64,000 bases of DNA from Acidobacteriota bacterium (GTDB lineage: Bacteria; Acidobacteriota; UBA890; WLXD01), in assembly GCA_965248695.1 (NCBI GenBank), contig CBDFKD010000002.1, positions 3,616,001 to 3,680,000 on the forward strand. Reading direction: 5' to 3'. Below are positions 49,913-60,503 of the stretch, piece by piece. A program made the translations under genes and the position numbers. The notes under the pieces are model-generated. The model did not search any database. It was not told the origin of the DNA and saw only the letters and a program-made list of their open reading frames with translations. Each line of letters opens with the position of its first letter. Position 1 is the stretch's first letter.

Positions 49913-50035
49913 GTGAGAGCCGGCGATCTGTGGGCGACGCCGCAGTGGTTGTTCGACCGCTTGGACGTGGTGTTGAGCTTCGAGCTCGACGCTGCCGCCG
50001 ACGAAACGAACGCCAAGTGCGAGGCGTATCACCCG
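49913..50035 (+). pseudogene. Fragment of phage-type DNA N6-adenine methyltransferase
   Basis: DLWATPQWLFDRLD...FELDAAADETNAKC matches the N-terminus of the phage N6-adenine MTase family; the catalytic NPPY part is absent. Confidence 0.7.
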
Positions 50036-50591
50036 GAACCTCCGAGCTTTTTCCGTGAGCGGCCGCCGTGGTGGTCGCCGCAGCCATCCTTGCCAACCGC
50101 GGCTCCACAAGTAGCGACTCGGATTGAAGCTCACGCCCAGCACCCGGATAGCCCACCTCGATGGCGCGTAGCCGAGGTGGCCGAGGTGGAGCCGCGCGAA
50201 GTCTAGGCGCATAGTCCGGTGGGGAAAGCGCGGCGTCGTTGTATCCTCCAACCGTCTCGCCTCGATCGGGTACTTGGAGGCGATGCGGAGCATGCAGGAG
50301 GGAGGACGGCCATGATCAAGAAGTTGCTCGCGATCTTGCGCAGCGTCGGTAGGGTGTTCGTGGACTACGCGAAGAGCACCTGAAAGTGACTGGCGCGTTG
50401 CCGCGCTCCGTCCGACGCAGTGCTGAAGCCGTCAGTCACGCTGCGGCCGAGCACGACTAGTTCTTCCGATCGGATCAGCCCTCGGCGCGCATCCGCGCCA
50501 CCTCGGCCTCGGCAGCGATGTTTCCGCCCCTACAACGCCTTGTCTCTCATCTCTTAGACTGGAAAGGTTCATTGCTATTTCGACAACTGTG

Positions 50592-50621
50592 CTTGACATT
50601 TCTTATGTCAAGTTCTATTGT
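50592..50621 (+). promoter_or_regulatory. Sigma70 promoter overlapped by a palindromic operator
   Basis: TTGACA (50593-50598)-17 bp-TATTGT (50616-50621); perfect IR CTTGACAT-N5-ATGTCAAG (50592-50612). Confidence 0.8.
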
Positions 50622-50644
50622 CCTGTCGTCAAGGAGATAAGACT

Positions 50645-51082
50645 ATGGAAGAAACGATGTTGAGACGGGTTTGGAGATTCTACAGTGGGGGCGGGCTCAC
50701 CGAGCGCGATCGCCGGAGCTCGCGGAAGGTGAACCTCTGGGCCCTGGTGTGGATGTCGTGCTGGGTGGGGGTGGGCCTGCTGATCAGCAGAGAGCTCGTG
50801 CCCCCCGGCGCGGCCTCCTATGCTGCGGTGCTTGTTACGACCGCGCTCGGGGTGGGGACTCTCCTGGCCTACGTCAAGTTCCTGCGCGAGGCCGAAGAGC
50901 TAGAGCGCAAGATCCAGCTCGATGCTCTGGCGCTGGGTTTCGGCGTCGGCCTCGTCGCGATCGTCTTGTGGTCAATGCTCGCGGAACTCGGAGCCGTTGA
51001 GGGCGACCCCGCGCATCTCCTATTCTTCATGATGTTCCCATACTGCCTGGGCCTCTGGCTCGGGTTCCGGCGCTACAGTTGA
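50645..51082 (+). CDS. Four-TM membrane protein
   Basis: RBS AAGGAG; hydrophobic segments; EELERKIQLDALA motif typical of XRE-associated membrane proteins. Confidence 0.8.
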   Translation: MEETMLRRVWRFYSGGGLTERDRRSSRKVNLWALVWMSCWVGVGLLISRELVPPGAASYAAVLVTTALGVGTLLAYVKFLREAEELERKIQLDALALGFGVGLVAIVLWSMLAELGAVEGDPAHLLFFMMFPYCLGLWLGFRRYS

Positions 51083-51276
51083 AGAACCGACTCAAGGTGC
51101 TCCGCGCCGAGCGCGACTGGACCCAGGAGCGGCTGGCCCAGGAGCTCGAGGTCTCGCGGCAGACCGTCAACGCCGTCGAGACCGGGCGCTACGACCCGAG
51201 CCTTCCCCTGGCGTTTAAGATCGCCAAGCTCTTCGGCCAGCCGATCGAGGCAGTCTTCCACCCCGACGGCCACTAG
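51079..51276 (+). CDS. XRE/Cro-family HTH transcriptional regulator
   Basis: MKNRLKVLRAERDWTQERLA...VSRQTVNAVETGRYDPSLPLAFKIAKLF; coupled start (TTGA). Confidence 0.92.
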   Translation: MKNRLKVLRAERDWTQERLAQELEVSRQTVNAVETGRYDPSLPLAFKIAKLFGQPIEAVFHPDGH

Positions 51277-51500
51277 AGATGGGAAAAGACCGCGAAATGA
51301 AGGCTCTCGTCTATCCCGATATATTCATGTCCTGCTCGCCGACTCCGCTCTGGACACGACAGATCCCGCGCCCCCTTCTGCCCCCATGCGGATCGTCCAC
51401 CGACTCCAGGAAGTCACCAAATTGGCACCAAAACTCCAAACGGGCCAAGCGTGGCAGAGGCTAGCGCGTAGTCCCTGTACACATGCAGCACTCGCATCGG

Positions 51501-52636
51501 TCAGGCCACCTGTGACCTGGGAGGCGCGATCTCGCGGTAGATGTCGACCGTCGCCGCGGCGGTGCGGTCCCAGTCGAGCTCGGCGGCGCGAGCGAGGCCG
51601 GCGCGGATTCGATCGGCGCGCCCCGAGCCGTCGTCCAGCAGCTGCCGCAGGGCGGCCGCGATCGAGCCGACGTTTAGCGGATCGAAATGGATTGCCGCCG
51701 TGTCGGTGAGCTCAAGCAGACTTGCCGTTGCCGAGCAGGCTACCGGGGCGCCGCATGCCATCGCCTCGAGCACCGGAAACGCGAATCCTTCCTCTATGGA
51801 TGGGTGCACATACCCGGCGGCGCCGGAATAGAGCGCCGGCAGGATCTCGTCCGCGACTCGACCGAGAACCCGGATATTTCGGAGACGCGCGCCGGTTGCG
51901 GCAGAGCGGATCGAGCGCCCATCGCGGTGCCTCGGCCCCGCCAGCACCAGGTGCGTCGCCCGCGGCGTGTCACCGGTCGCCCAGGCATCGACCAGACGCG
52001 CCAGGTTCTTGTGGGGCCGATCGCTACCCACGTGCAAGATGTACCGCGCGGGGAGGCGTAGATCGGCGAGAACTTCGCGGCTGGTTTCCGTATCCACTGG
52101 CCGGAATCCGGCGCCGGGAGCGCCAGGCGTCACACGGATCGGCGTCGTGGTGCGTGGAAACGCCGCCCGGATCTGTGCCCCGGCTGCCGCCGAGAGCGTC
52201 GCGACGGCGTCGGCGCGCGCGCCAGGGCCAGCCGTACGAGCTGTCGAAAGGCCGCCCGGCGCGGCGTTGACAGGCCGCCGTCCCGACGTAGCGGTATCAG
52301 GTCGTAGAGGTTCACGATCATGGGGCAGGGGAGGCGCATTGGCGCCAGCACGTACGGTGCGTGGAACACGTCGAGGCCCAGGCGGCGCGCCTGCCGTGGC
52401 AGCTCCAGCTGTTCAGCCACCGAGCGCACGCGTGCCCTTACCGGAACCGGAGACAGGGCTGAAGCGTGCCCATCGCACGCAAGTTGTGTGAACGGCAGGT
52501 CGGCGCGGTGGAACGCGTACACGCGCTCAATGCCCGGCTGTCGCGTCAGCGCCGGAATCAAGTTGGCGATGTAGCGTCCGATCCCGGGATAGCGCGGGTC
52601 GACGAAGCGCGCGTCGATGCCGACGCGAAGCGTCAT
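51501..52636 (-). pseudogene. Glycosyltransferase family 4, frameshifted in a (GC)5 tract
   Basis: GIDARF...GIGRY, DVFHAPY, VGSDRPHKN, EEGFAFPVLEAMAC. Removing one GC at 52213-52222 joins the two ORFs. Confidence 0.82.
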
Positions 52637-52804
52637 CGCGCCCTGCCTCGCGTCCCCGCGGGCGGCGGCAGCGCTGCCGACCGGCCGGGGACTGAAAGCC
52701 CGGGTGCCGAAGACCAGCCGTGGCGTGCCTGAGTCTCGACCATGCGGCCAAGCCTAACAGGATCGTTGCACCGGTCTCAGGGGCCTCCCTGCTACGCTGT
52801 GGGC

Positions 52805-53743
52805 GTGCCTGCACAGCCGGTATTCCGACTCATCTGTCCGCGTTGTGGCGACCTTCTCCAGGCGCCGGTTGGAGAGACGCGGCGGTGCCCGCGAGAGAAT
52901 CGAGAGTGGCGCGCCGAGGCGGGTATTTGGCGCCTGCTCACCGACGCCGATCGCGCTCGTCACCAGTCCTTTCTGCGGCAGTACGAGCGCGTCCGCGAGA
53001 CCGAGGGCTGGGGCAGCGACGATCCCGCCTTCTATCGTGCCTTGCCGTTCGAGGATCGCTCCGGAAGGTACCCGGACGTATGGCGGATCCGAGCCCAGAG
53101 CTACCGTGCGCTCCACCGCCGCATCCTGCGGCGTATGGTCCGAGCGCATGGCCCTGAGTTACGGATTGTCGACCTGGGCGCCGGCAACGGCTGGCTCAGC
53201 CACCGGCTTGCCAACGCCGGACACCGAGTCGCCGCCCTCGACGTCAACACCGACGATCGCGATGGCCTCGGTGCGCTGGCCCGCTACGCCGAGCCGGGCA
53301 CCATCCTCAGCATCGAGGCCGGATTCGAGCATCTTCCGGTCGCCGACGACGAGGCCGATCTGCTGATCTTCAACGGTAGCTTCCATTACTCGGCCGACTA
53401 TCGAGCGACGCTTTCAGAGGCCCTGCGGGTGCTGCGTCTGGGTGGCAGAATCGTCCTGATGGACACGCCGTACTACCAGCGTGACGACGACGGCGCCCAG
53501 ATGCTCCAGGAGCAGCGTGAGGCAAGGCGCTCTGCCGGCGACGGCGCGGATTGGTTCACCGGCAAGGGGTTCCTGACCCCGGTTCGCCTGTCCGCCATCT
53601 GCTCCAGCCTGGACCTGGGAGCCCGAGTCATCAGGCCCCCAGCCGCCTGGCGAGCCGCTGTGGCCACGCTCAAGGCGCGAGCACTACGCCGTCGTGCCCG
53701 CGCCGCGTTTCCGCTCATCGAGCTGGCGCCGAAGCGCGCTTGA
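52805..53743 (+). CDS. Class I SAM-dependent methyltransferase with N-terminal Zn-ribbon-like segment
   Basis: LICPRC...CPRE, VDLGAGNGW, FNGSFHY, RVLRLGG. Confidence 0.85.
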   Translation: MPAQPVFRLICPRCGDLLQAPVGETRRCPRENREWRAEAGIWRLLTDADRARHQSFLRQYERVRETEGWGSDDPAFYRALPFEDRSGRYPDVWRIRAQSYRALHRRILRRMVRAHGPELRIVDLGAGNGWLSHRLANAGHRVAALDVNTDDRDGLGALARYAEPGTILSIEAGFEHLPVADDEADLLIFNGSFHYSADYRATLSEALRVLRLGGRIVLMDTPYYQRDDDGAQMLQEQREARRSAGDGADWFTGKGFLTPVRLSAICSSLDLGARVIRPPAAWRAAVATLKARALRRRARAAFPLIELAPKRA

Positions 53744-53782
53744 CGGCCTGTAGACCCTGTCGTACCGTCTCTTTTCTCTGGA

Positions 53783-53856
<74 letters not shown>

Positions 53857-53861
53857 CTCCG

Positions 53862-53915
53862 GTAAGTCCCGGTGGCTCAGCAACTTACATCCCCGTGCTG
53901 GCCACCGGGATTTAC
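53862..53915 (+). terminator. Long stem-loop immediately after tRNA-fMet
   Basis: GTAAGTCCCGGTGGC...GCCACCGGGATTTAC. The second copy near 59068-59122 varies only at G-C/G-U positions in the stem. Confidence 0.6.
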
Positions 53916-54138
53916 TGCGTCTGGCCCGAAATGCCACCTACATGCCGCGATTCGGCTCCTCTCGGGAACGGGCCCCGTTCCCTGCTTCACGGGAAGGCCA
54001 GCGTCATTCATTCGTACAGGGACCTGCCGATGGATCGGTAGCGTCGTAGCTCAGTCTCACGAAACGGCTTCTCCCGTGGACCCTCGCGTGCCCCAGCGAT
54101 AGGCTTCACGCGCCCACCCCACCCCGGCTGGCAGCGCT

Positions 54139-56285
54139 ATGGAACCCGGCACCCGATTAGGCCAGTACGAGATCCTCGACCGCCTCGGTGCAGGCGGAAT
54201 GGGCGAGGTATACCGCGCACGCGACACTAAGCTGAAGCGCGACGTGGCCCTCAAGCTCCTGCCCGAGGATTTGGCCACCGATTCCAAGCGGCTGGCGCGC
54301 CTGGAGCGCGAAGCCCAGATGCTCGCCGCCGTCAGCCACCCCGGTATCGCCACGATCCACAACCTCGATGATGCAGACGGGGTGCGATTCCTAGTTCTAG
54401 AGGTGGTTGAAGGACCCACCCTGGCAGAGCGACTCGAGGAAGGGCCGCTGTCGGTCGAGGCATCGCTCGAGGTAGGTCAGCAGATAGCCAAGGCGCTAGA
54501 GGTAGCCCACGAGCGGGGCATTATTCACCGCGACCTGAAGCCGGCGAACATCAAGTTCACCCGAGAAGGCCGGGTCAAGGTGCTGGACTTCGGTTTGGCC
54601 AAGGAGTTCGAGCACGCCGAGGGCGCGGACTTCACCGCAGCGGCCACGGAAGTCTCCGGCCTGACTATCCCCGGCACCCAGGTGGGTACAGCGCCGTACA
54701 TGAGCCCGGAGCAGGTTCGCGGCCAGAGCCTCGACAAACGCACCGATATCTGGGCCTTCGGCTGCGTTCTCTACGAGATGTTGACGGGCAGTAGAGCATT
54801 CAGCGCCGAGACGGTGCAGGACACGTTCAGTGCTGTGCTGGAGCATGAGCCCGCCTGGGAGGCACTGCCCAGCTCTACGCCGCTGACGATCAGCCTTCTG
54901 CTGCGTCGATGCCTACAGAAGGACCCCGAGCGCCGGCTCCATGACATCGCGGACGCTCGCATAGAGATTGAAGAGGCACCTTCGCTCGCCTCGGTGATGA
55001 TGCCGGGCGCTGCCGATCCATCGGCCCCGACCTCGTCCTGGCGCTGGATGGTCCCCTGGGCAGTCGCGGCGCTTGCCGTTGCCACCTTGATCATCCGTCC
55101 GCTTCTGCCGTCGACGACTGACACCGAAGTCAGCTCGCCAACCTACCTGGTGTTGGATGTGGAGCCGGGTCTCCGCCTATCGGGCCAGCATTACGTGGAG
55201 GATTTTGCGAACGAGGGTGCTCTACGGCCCACCCGGACAGCAATGGCCATTTCCCCGGACGGGCAGGATGTCGTCTATTGCGCCACCGACGGTGAACGGA
55301 ACTACCAGCTGTATCGTCGGCAGCTATCAGCGCCAACCGCTGTGCCGATGCCCGGTACCGAGGGTGGCTGCAACCCGTTCTTTTCGCCCGACGGAAGAGC
55401 GGTCGGGTTCTTTGTGCTCAAAGAACCGGGCTCGTTCGCGGTCGATCTGAAGGTCATCTCGGTCGAGGGTGGACAACCCCGTACCCTCGTTGAGGACGCC
55501 AGCAGCGGCTACGCAACCGGGGCAAGCTGGGGGTCTGAGGGAACCATCGTCTTTGCCGACAACGAGCAGTTATATCGCGTGCCTGCGGCGGGAGGATCCA
55601 AGCAGCCAACCGCGCAGCCCGACAACGAGAATGGTGAACAAACCTATAGCTTCCCACAACTGTTGCCGGGCGAGCAGGCGCTGGTCTTTAGCGTTTCCAA
55701 GCGCTTTAACGCCAGGGATTCCAGGGGAATCGTCGTCCTGTCGCTCAACAGTGGCGATCGAAAGACCTTGCTGACGAACGGCACGGATGCTCGCTACGTT
55801 TCGACCGGGCACCTTGTCTTCGTGAGAGAGGCAACGCTCATGGTGGTCCCGTTCGATCTGCAGCGCCTCGAGGTGGCCGGTGAGCCGATTCGTGTCCTCG
55901 AGAATGTCATGCAGGACCGCGGATTCGGTATCGGCGGTGCGGATACAGGTGCCGCGCAGTTCGCTGTATCCGACTCCGGGACGCTCGTGTACGTCCCCGG
56001 TGGAGTGGGCCTGAGCTCGGTCTCGATGGCCGTTGTGGATCAGCGCGGCAACGCACGGGACCTGGATGCGCTCCCCCCCGGCGGGAGCGGTCGGGTCTCG
56101 CCAGACGGCACGCAGCTTCTCTTCAGTGACGTATACACCAGCCAGGAGCAGGCCAATCTTTGGATGTATGACATCGAGCGCGCAACGTCCCGGGTCTTGG
56201 TCTCGGATCTGTGGGATGAGGACCCCATCTGGAGTCCCGACGGAACAAGAATCGCGTATAGCTCCAGGCAAGGGAGGGAGGGCAC
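54139..56285 (+). pseudogene. Ser/Thr protein kinase with TM helix and PD40/TolB-like propeller, 3'-truncated by IS-A
   Basis: GAGGMGEVY, VALK, HRDLKPAN, DFG, YMSPE, repeated (F/I/W)SPDG; ORF tail is IS read-through. Confidence 0.88.
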
Positions 56286-56548
56286 TGACCTGACCCCGCG
56301 GTTAGTACCATGTCTTATCTCAGTAACTCGGTGCTGACAAGAGGTTGTTGAGGCCGGCGAAGCGGAGCGCAGCCGGCTTCAACAACGTCGCTTCGGGTGC
56401 GGGCGGCCGATAGCTCAGCGAGCTGTGCGGTCGCATGCGGTTGTAGTGCTGACGCCATCTCTCGATCAGAACCTTTGCCTCCTTGAGCGTGTAGAAGATC
56501 TCTCCATCCAGCAGCTCGTCGCGTAGCTTGCCGTTGAAGCTCTCCACG

Positions 56549-57914
56549 TGGAGTTGATCCGCTTCCGTGGACACCTTATGGCTAACGCCAAAGGAGTCTG
56601 CGATGCGAAGAACACGACCGCCTTATCCGCCGGAGTTTCGTCGGCAGATCGTCGAGCTAGCGCGGGCAGGACGCAGCGTGCAGGAGCTCGCCGAGGAGTT
56701 CGAGCCCTCGTACTGGACGATCCGTACATGGATCAAGCAGGCGGATCGAGATGACGGGCTTAGCGCGGCTGGCCTGAGTAGCCAGGACAAGGAAGAACTA
56801 CGGCGGCTACGCCGGGAAAACCGCCAGTTGAAGACGGAGCGGGAGATCCTGGCAAAAGCCGCGGCCTGGTTCGCTCGGGAGACCGGCGCAGTACCCAAGA
56901 AGTCTTCGGGTTCGTGAGAGCTCACCAGGCCTGCTATCCGATCGCCACGATGTGCCGAGTGCTGGAGGTCTCCACCAGCGGCTACTACGCGTGGCGACAA
57001 CGCCCTAGCAGTATGCGAGCACGACAGGATGCACAGCTGCGTGAGCAGATCGAGACGATCCATCGACTTAGCCGTGCGACCTATGGCGTGCCTCGGGTAC
57101 ACGCGGAACTGGCCGCCGACGGCGTTCGGGTGGGGCGCAAACGCGTGGCACGGCTGATGAGCCAGGCGGGGCTGGAGGGTGTCAGCCGCCGCCGTCGGCT
57201 GCGCACGACGCGCCGCAGTACTGACGCGCAGCCGGTGCCCGATCTGGTGAAACGTGACTTCGCGGTCGGTGCACCCGATCGCCTGTGGGTTGCCGACATC
57301 ACGTACGTCTCTACGTGGTCGGGGTTCTTGTACCTGGCGGTGGTGATGGATGCCTTCAGCCGGCGGGTGGTGGGCTGGTCGATGGCCAACCACCTGCGTA
57401 CCGAACTGGTGCTTGAGGCGCTCAACATGGCGATCTGGCAACGCCGACCTGAGAGCGTGATCCACCACTCTGATCAGGGCACGCAATACACCTCGATCGC
57501 CTTCGGCCACCGCTGCAAGCAGCTCGGTGTACGTCCCTCGACCGGATCAGCTCGCGACTGCTACGACAACGCCATGGCCGAGAGCTTCTTCGCGACGCTA
57601 GAGACGGAGCTGCTATGGCGGCAGAGCTTCAAGAGCCAGGTCGAAGCCCGCATGGCCGTGTTCGAGTTCATCGAGGGGTTCTACAACCCACGACGGCGCC
57701 ACTCGGCGCTCGGAAACCAATCCCCAATCGCCTACGAGAGGAGCTACTCCGAGACCCCGTCACCGGCTGTGGAAACTGCCGTACCCATGCAGATCGCGCC
57801 GCGATCCGCACCGCCACTTGGAAGCCGCTCTGCGGCTCCCACGAGTTCCCACAGCACTACGACTACGGCCTCAAATCCAAGCGTTCAACTGTCCACCGAA
57901 ACGGGGTAACTCCA
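56549..57914 (+). mobile_element. IS3-family element 'IS-C'
   Basis: IRs TGGAGTTGATCCGCTTCCGTGGACA / TGGAGTTACCCCGTTTCGGTGGACA. Confidence 0.92.
56603..57909 (+). CDS. IS-C transposase OrfA (56603-56917) + OrfB (56914-57909)
   Basis: YPPEFRRQIV, EREILAKAAAWFA (A-AAA-G shift motif), WVADITY, HHSDQG, DNAMAESFF. Confidence 0.9.
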
Positions 57915-58068
57915 ACCCAACCGTCGCCCCTCGAGCCAGCTCCACCTCAGCCTCCCGGAGCTTGCGTACGATCTGCTCGGCGCTGTGCCTCTTACTCGGC
58001 ATTCTGACCTCCCGTTCTTGACCCAGATCGTGAGATTACATCCGGATCCGTTTTCGGGGGTCAGGTCA

Positions 58069-58786
58069 GTATGACGAGGCCAAGGAGTTTCTGCGCACAG
58101 CAAACGTCGTGTCATCGGAGGACTTCGGTGTCGGTATTACCGGGATCAAGCGACTGGTGCTCGAGCGCGACGGCATGCGCGCGCGCGGAGCGTTTCACGA
58201 GATCGACAACGTGACGAGCAACTCCCGAGTGAACGGGCGCATGTTCCGTCGCTTCTACGACAGCTACAAGAACGAGTGCGCCGCCTACGAGCTAGCGCGC
58301 CTGTTCGAGCTCGACAACGTGCCGCCTACCGTGTGCCGCAGGGTCAACAACATCGACGGCAGCGTGCAGCTCTGGATGGAGGAAACGCGCAGCGAGACCG
58401 AGCGAATCGAGGCGGGATTGCGCCCGCCGGTGATAAACGCGTGGCTACGCCAGATCCAGGCCATGCGACTGTTCGACAGCTTGATCTTTAACGACGACCG
58501 GCTCCCAGGCAACTACCTCTACGACACCGATTGGAAGCTCTGGATGATCGATCACTCACGCGCATTCCAGATGCGCAGGGAGCTGCGGTACGGCGATGAA
58601 TTCGTCTGGTGCACTCGGCGCATGTGGCAGCTGCTCAACGAGGTAACCGATGACCAGATCCGCGCGGCGATCGACACCCATCTCGCTCCGGAGCAGCTGG
58701 GCGCGCTCCTGGCGCGGCGGGGACTGCTCGTTGAGCACATCCAGAAGATGATCGACGAGCGTGGCGAGGCCACCGTAATCCAGTAG
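58069..58786 (+). pseudogene. Atypical (PI3/PI4-kinase-like) kinase domain, 5'-truncated by IS-A
   Basis: DSYKNECAAYELAR, VPPTV, GSVQLW, FDSLIFNDDRLPGN, WMIDHSRAF; frame open back to the IS end. Confidence 0.7.
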
Positions 58787-58817
58787 CGATCAGGCTCGCT
58801 TGCCACCCCGCCGTCGG

Positions 58818-58868
58818 ATCATCAACTGGTTCGACGAGCTGAAGCGGCTCGTGCCGACGGAGCCGTTG
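58818..58868 (+). repeat. Orphan kinase-PD40 C-terminal tail (IINWFDELKRLVPTEP)
   Basis: Nucleotide and peptide similarity to 21714-21765 and 62126-62175. Confidence 0.75.
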
Positions 58869-58914
58869 TGCCCTCGGCTGAGTCTCGCGAGCCTACTTGA
58901 ATCACGCTTCTTCG

Positions 58915-59174
58915 CTGGGTGCCACCCTGGGTGCAACTCTGTGCAAGTCGTGGCACCTGCACAGAGTTGCATGGCCCATAAACGTTGGGGTTATTGGGGT
59001 TACAAGACCCCCCAACAAAACTCATAACCCGAAGGTCACAGGTTCAAATCCTGCCGCCGCTACTCCGGTAAGTCCCGGTGGCTCAGCAACTTACATTCCC
59101 CGTGCTGGTCACCGGGACTTACTACGTCTGGCCGAAATGCCACGTGCATGCCGCGGTTCGGCCCCTCTCGGGAA
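58915..59174 (+). repeat. att-like site: arm-type repeats plus duplicated tRNA-fMet 3' half and downstream hairpin
   Basis: 59021-59174 repeats 53815-53968 starting at the anticodon loop CTCATAA. Upstream are a CTGGGTGC(C/A)AC direct pair (58915, 58927) and a perfect 14-bp IR (58932-58971). Confidence 0.85.
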
Positions 59175-59237
59175 TGGACGGCCACCTCACCTTGGTGACA
59201 ACACCGGTGCGCTGTGGGGAGATTGGCAGGGTTCTAT

Positions 59238-60497
59238 TGACCTGACCCCCGAAAACGGATCCGGATGTAATCTCACGATCTGGGTCAAGAACGGGAGGTC
59301 AGAATGCCGAGTAAGAGGCACAGCGCCGAGCAGATCGTACGCAAGCTCCGGGAGGCTGAGGTGGAGCTGGCTCGAGGGGCGACGGTCAAGGATGCCTGCC
59401 GCAAGCTAGCAATCACCGAGCACACCTACTACCGGTGGCGGCGAGAGTACGGCGGACTGAAGCTCAACCAGGCCAGAAAGCTCAAGCAACTGGAGAAGGA
59501 GAATGCCCGGCTCAAGAGGCTGGTGGCGGAAAAGGAACTCGACCTGTCGATCCTGAAGGAAGTGGCGGAGGGAAACTTCTGAGCCCAGCTCGGCGGCGAG
59601 AGGCGGTGGCACATGTACGGGGGCGGCTGGGCGTCTCGGAGAGGCGGGCGTGTCGGGTACTGAAACAACCACGCACGACACACCGGTACGTGCCAAGAGA
59701 GCCGCAACAGGAGCAGATTTTGACGGAGCGGATCGTGGATTTAGCCCGACAGTACGGGCGCTACGGATATCGGAGGGTGACAGCGTTGCTGCGCATGGAG
59801 GGCTGGTCCGTGAACCACAAACGAGTGCAGCGTATCTGGCGGCGCGAAGGGCTGAAAGTACCGAGAAAACAGCCCAAACGAGCACGGCTGTGGCTGAGCG
59901 ATGGCTCCTGCATCCGGCTGCGCCCACAGCACCGGGATCATGTCTGGGCGTATGACTTCCTGCACCACCGGACGCACGACGGTCGGGCTATGAGGCTGCT
60001 GACGATCGTCGATGAGTACACACGAGAAAGCCTGGCGATCCATGTAGCACGGAAGCTCAACTCTGAGGACGTGCTGGAGCAGCTCGGGAGGTTGTTCGTA
60101 CACCGGGGCATACCTGAGCACATCCGGTCGGATAACGGACCAGAGTTCACCGCCGAGGCGGTTCGCGACTGGCTGGGCCGGTTGGGCGTGGGGACGCTGT
60201 TCATCGAGCCGGGCTCGCCGTGGGAGAACGGTTACGTGGAGAGCTTCAACGGCAAGCTACGCGACGAGCTGCTGGATGGAGAGATCTTCTACACGCTCAA
60301 GGAGGCAAAGGTTCTGATCGAGAGATGGCGTCAGCACTACAACCGCATGCGACCGCACAGCTCGCTGAGCTATCGGCCGCCCGCACCCGAAGCGACGTTG
60401 TTGAAGCCGGCTGCGCTCCGCTTCGCCGGCCTCAACAACCTCTTGTCAGCACCGAGTTACTGAGATAAGACATGGTACTAACCGCGGGGTCAGGTCA
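59238..60497 (+). mobile_element. IS-A copy 3, with 4-bp target duplication CTAT
   Basis: Same IRs and identical translated ORFs to copy 1; CTAT at 59234-59237 and 60498-60501. Confidence 0.95.
59304..60463 (+). CDS. IS3 transposase OrfAB (programmed -1 frameshift)
   Basis: OrfA 59304-59582 and OrfB identical in translation to 17713-18872. Confidence 0.92.
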
Positions 60498-60503
60498 CTA
60501 TGC

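Larger units (their letters stand above)
49758..51501. mobile_element. Degenerate integrative element/prophage remnant inserted in the 5' end of the GT4 gene
   Basis: Imperfect 34-bp direct repeats 49758-49791 and 51468-51501 (26/34 identical, offset 1,710 bp, shared core GTAGTCC). TTGGCACCA(A/G) arm-like sites at 49841, 49852 and 51422. Phage-type methyltransferase fragment inside; no integrase. Confidence 0.8.
56286..58068 (-). mobile_element. IS-A copy 2 (inverted), internally deleted and interrupted by IS-C
   Basis: Right end 56286-56548 and left end ~57920-58068 match IS-A; the middle is missing; no target duplication. Confidence 0.9.
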
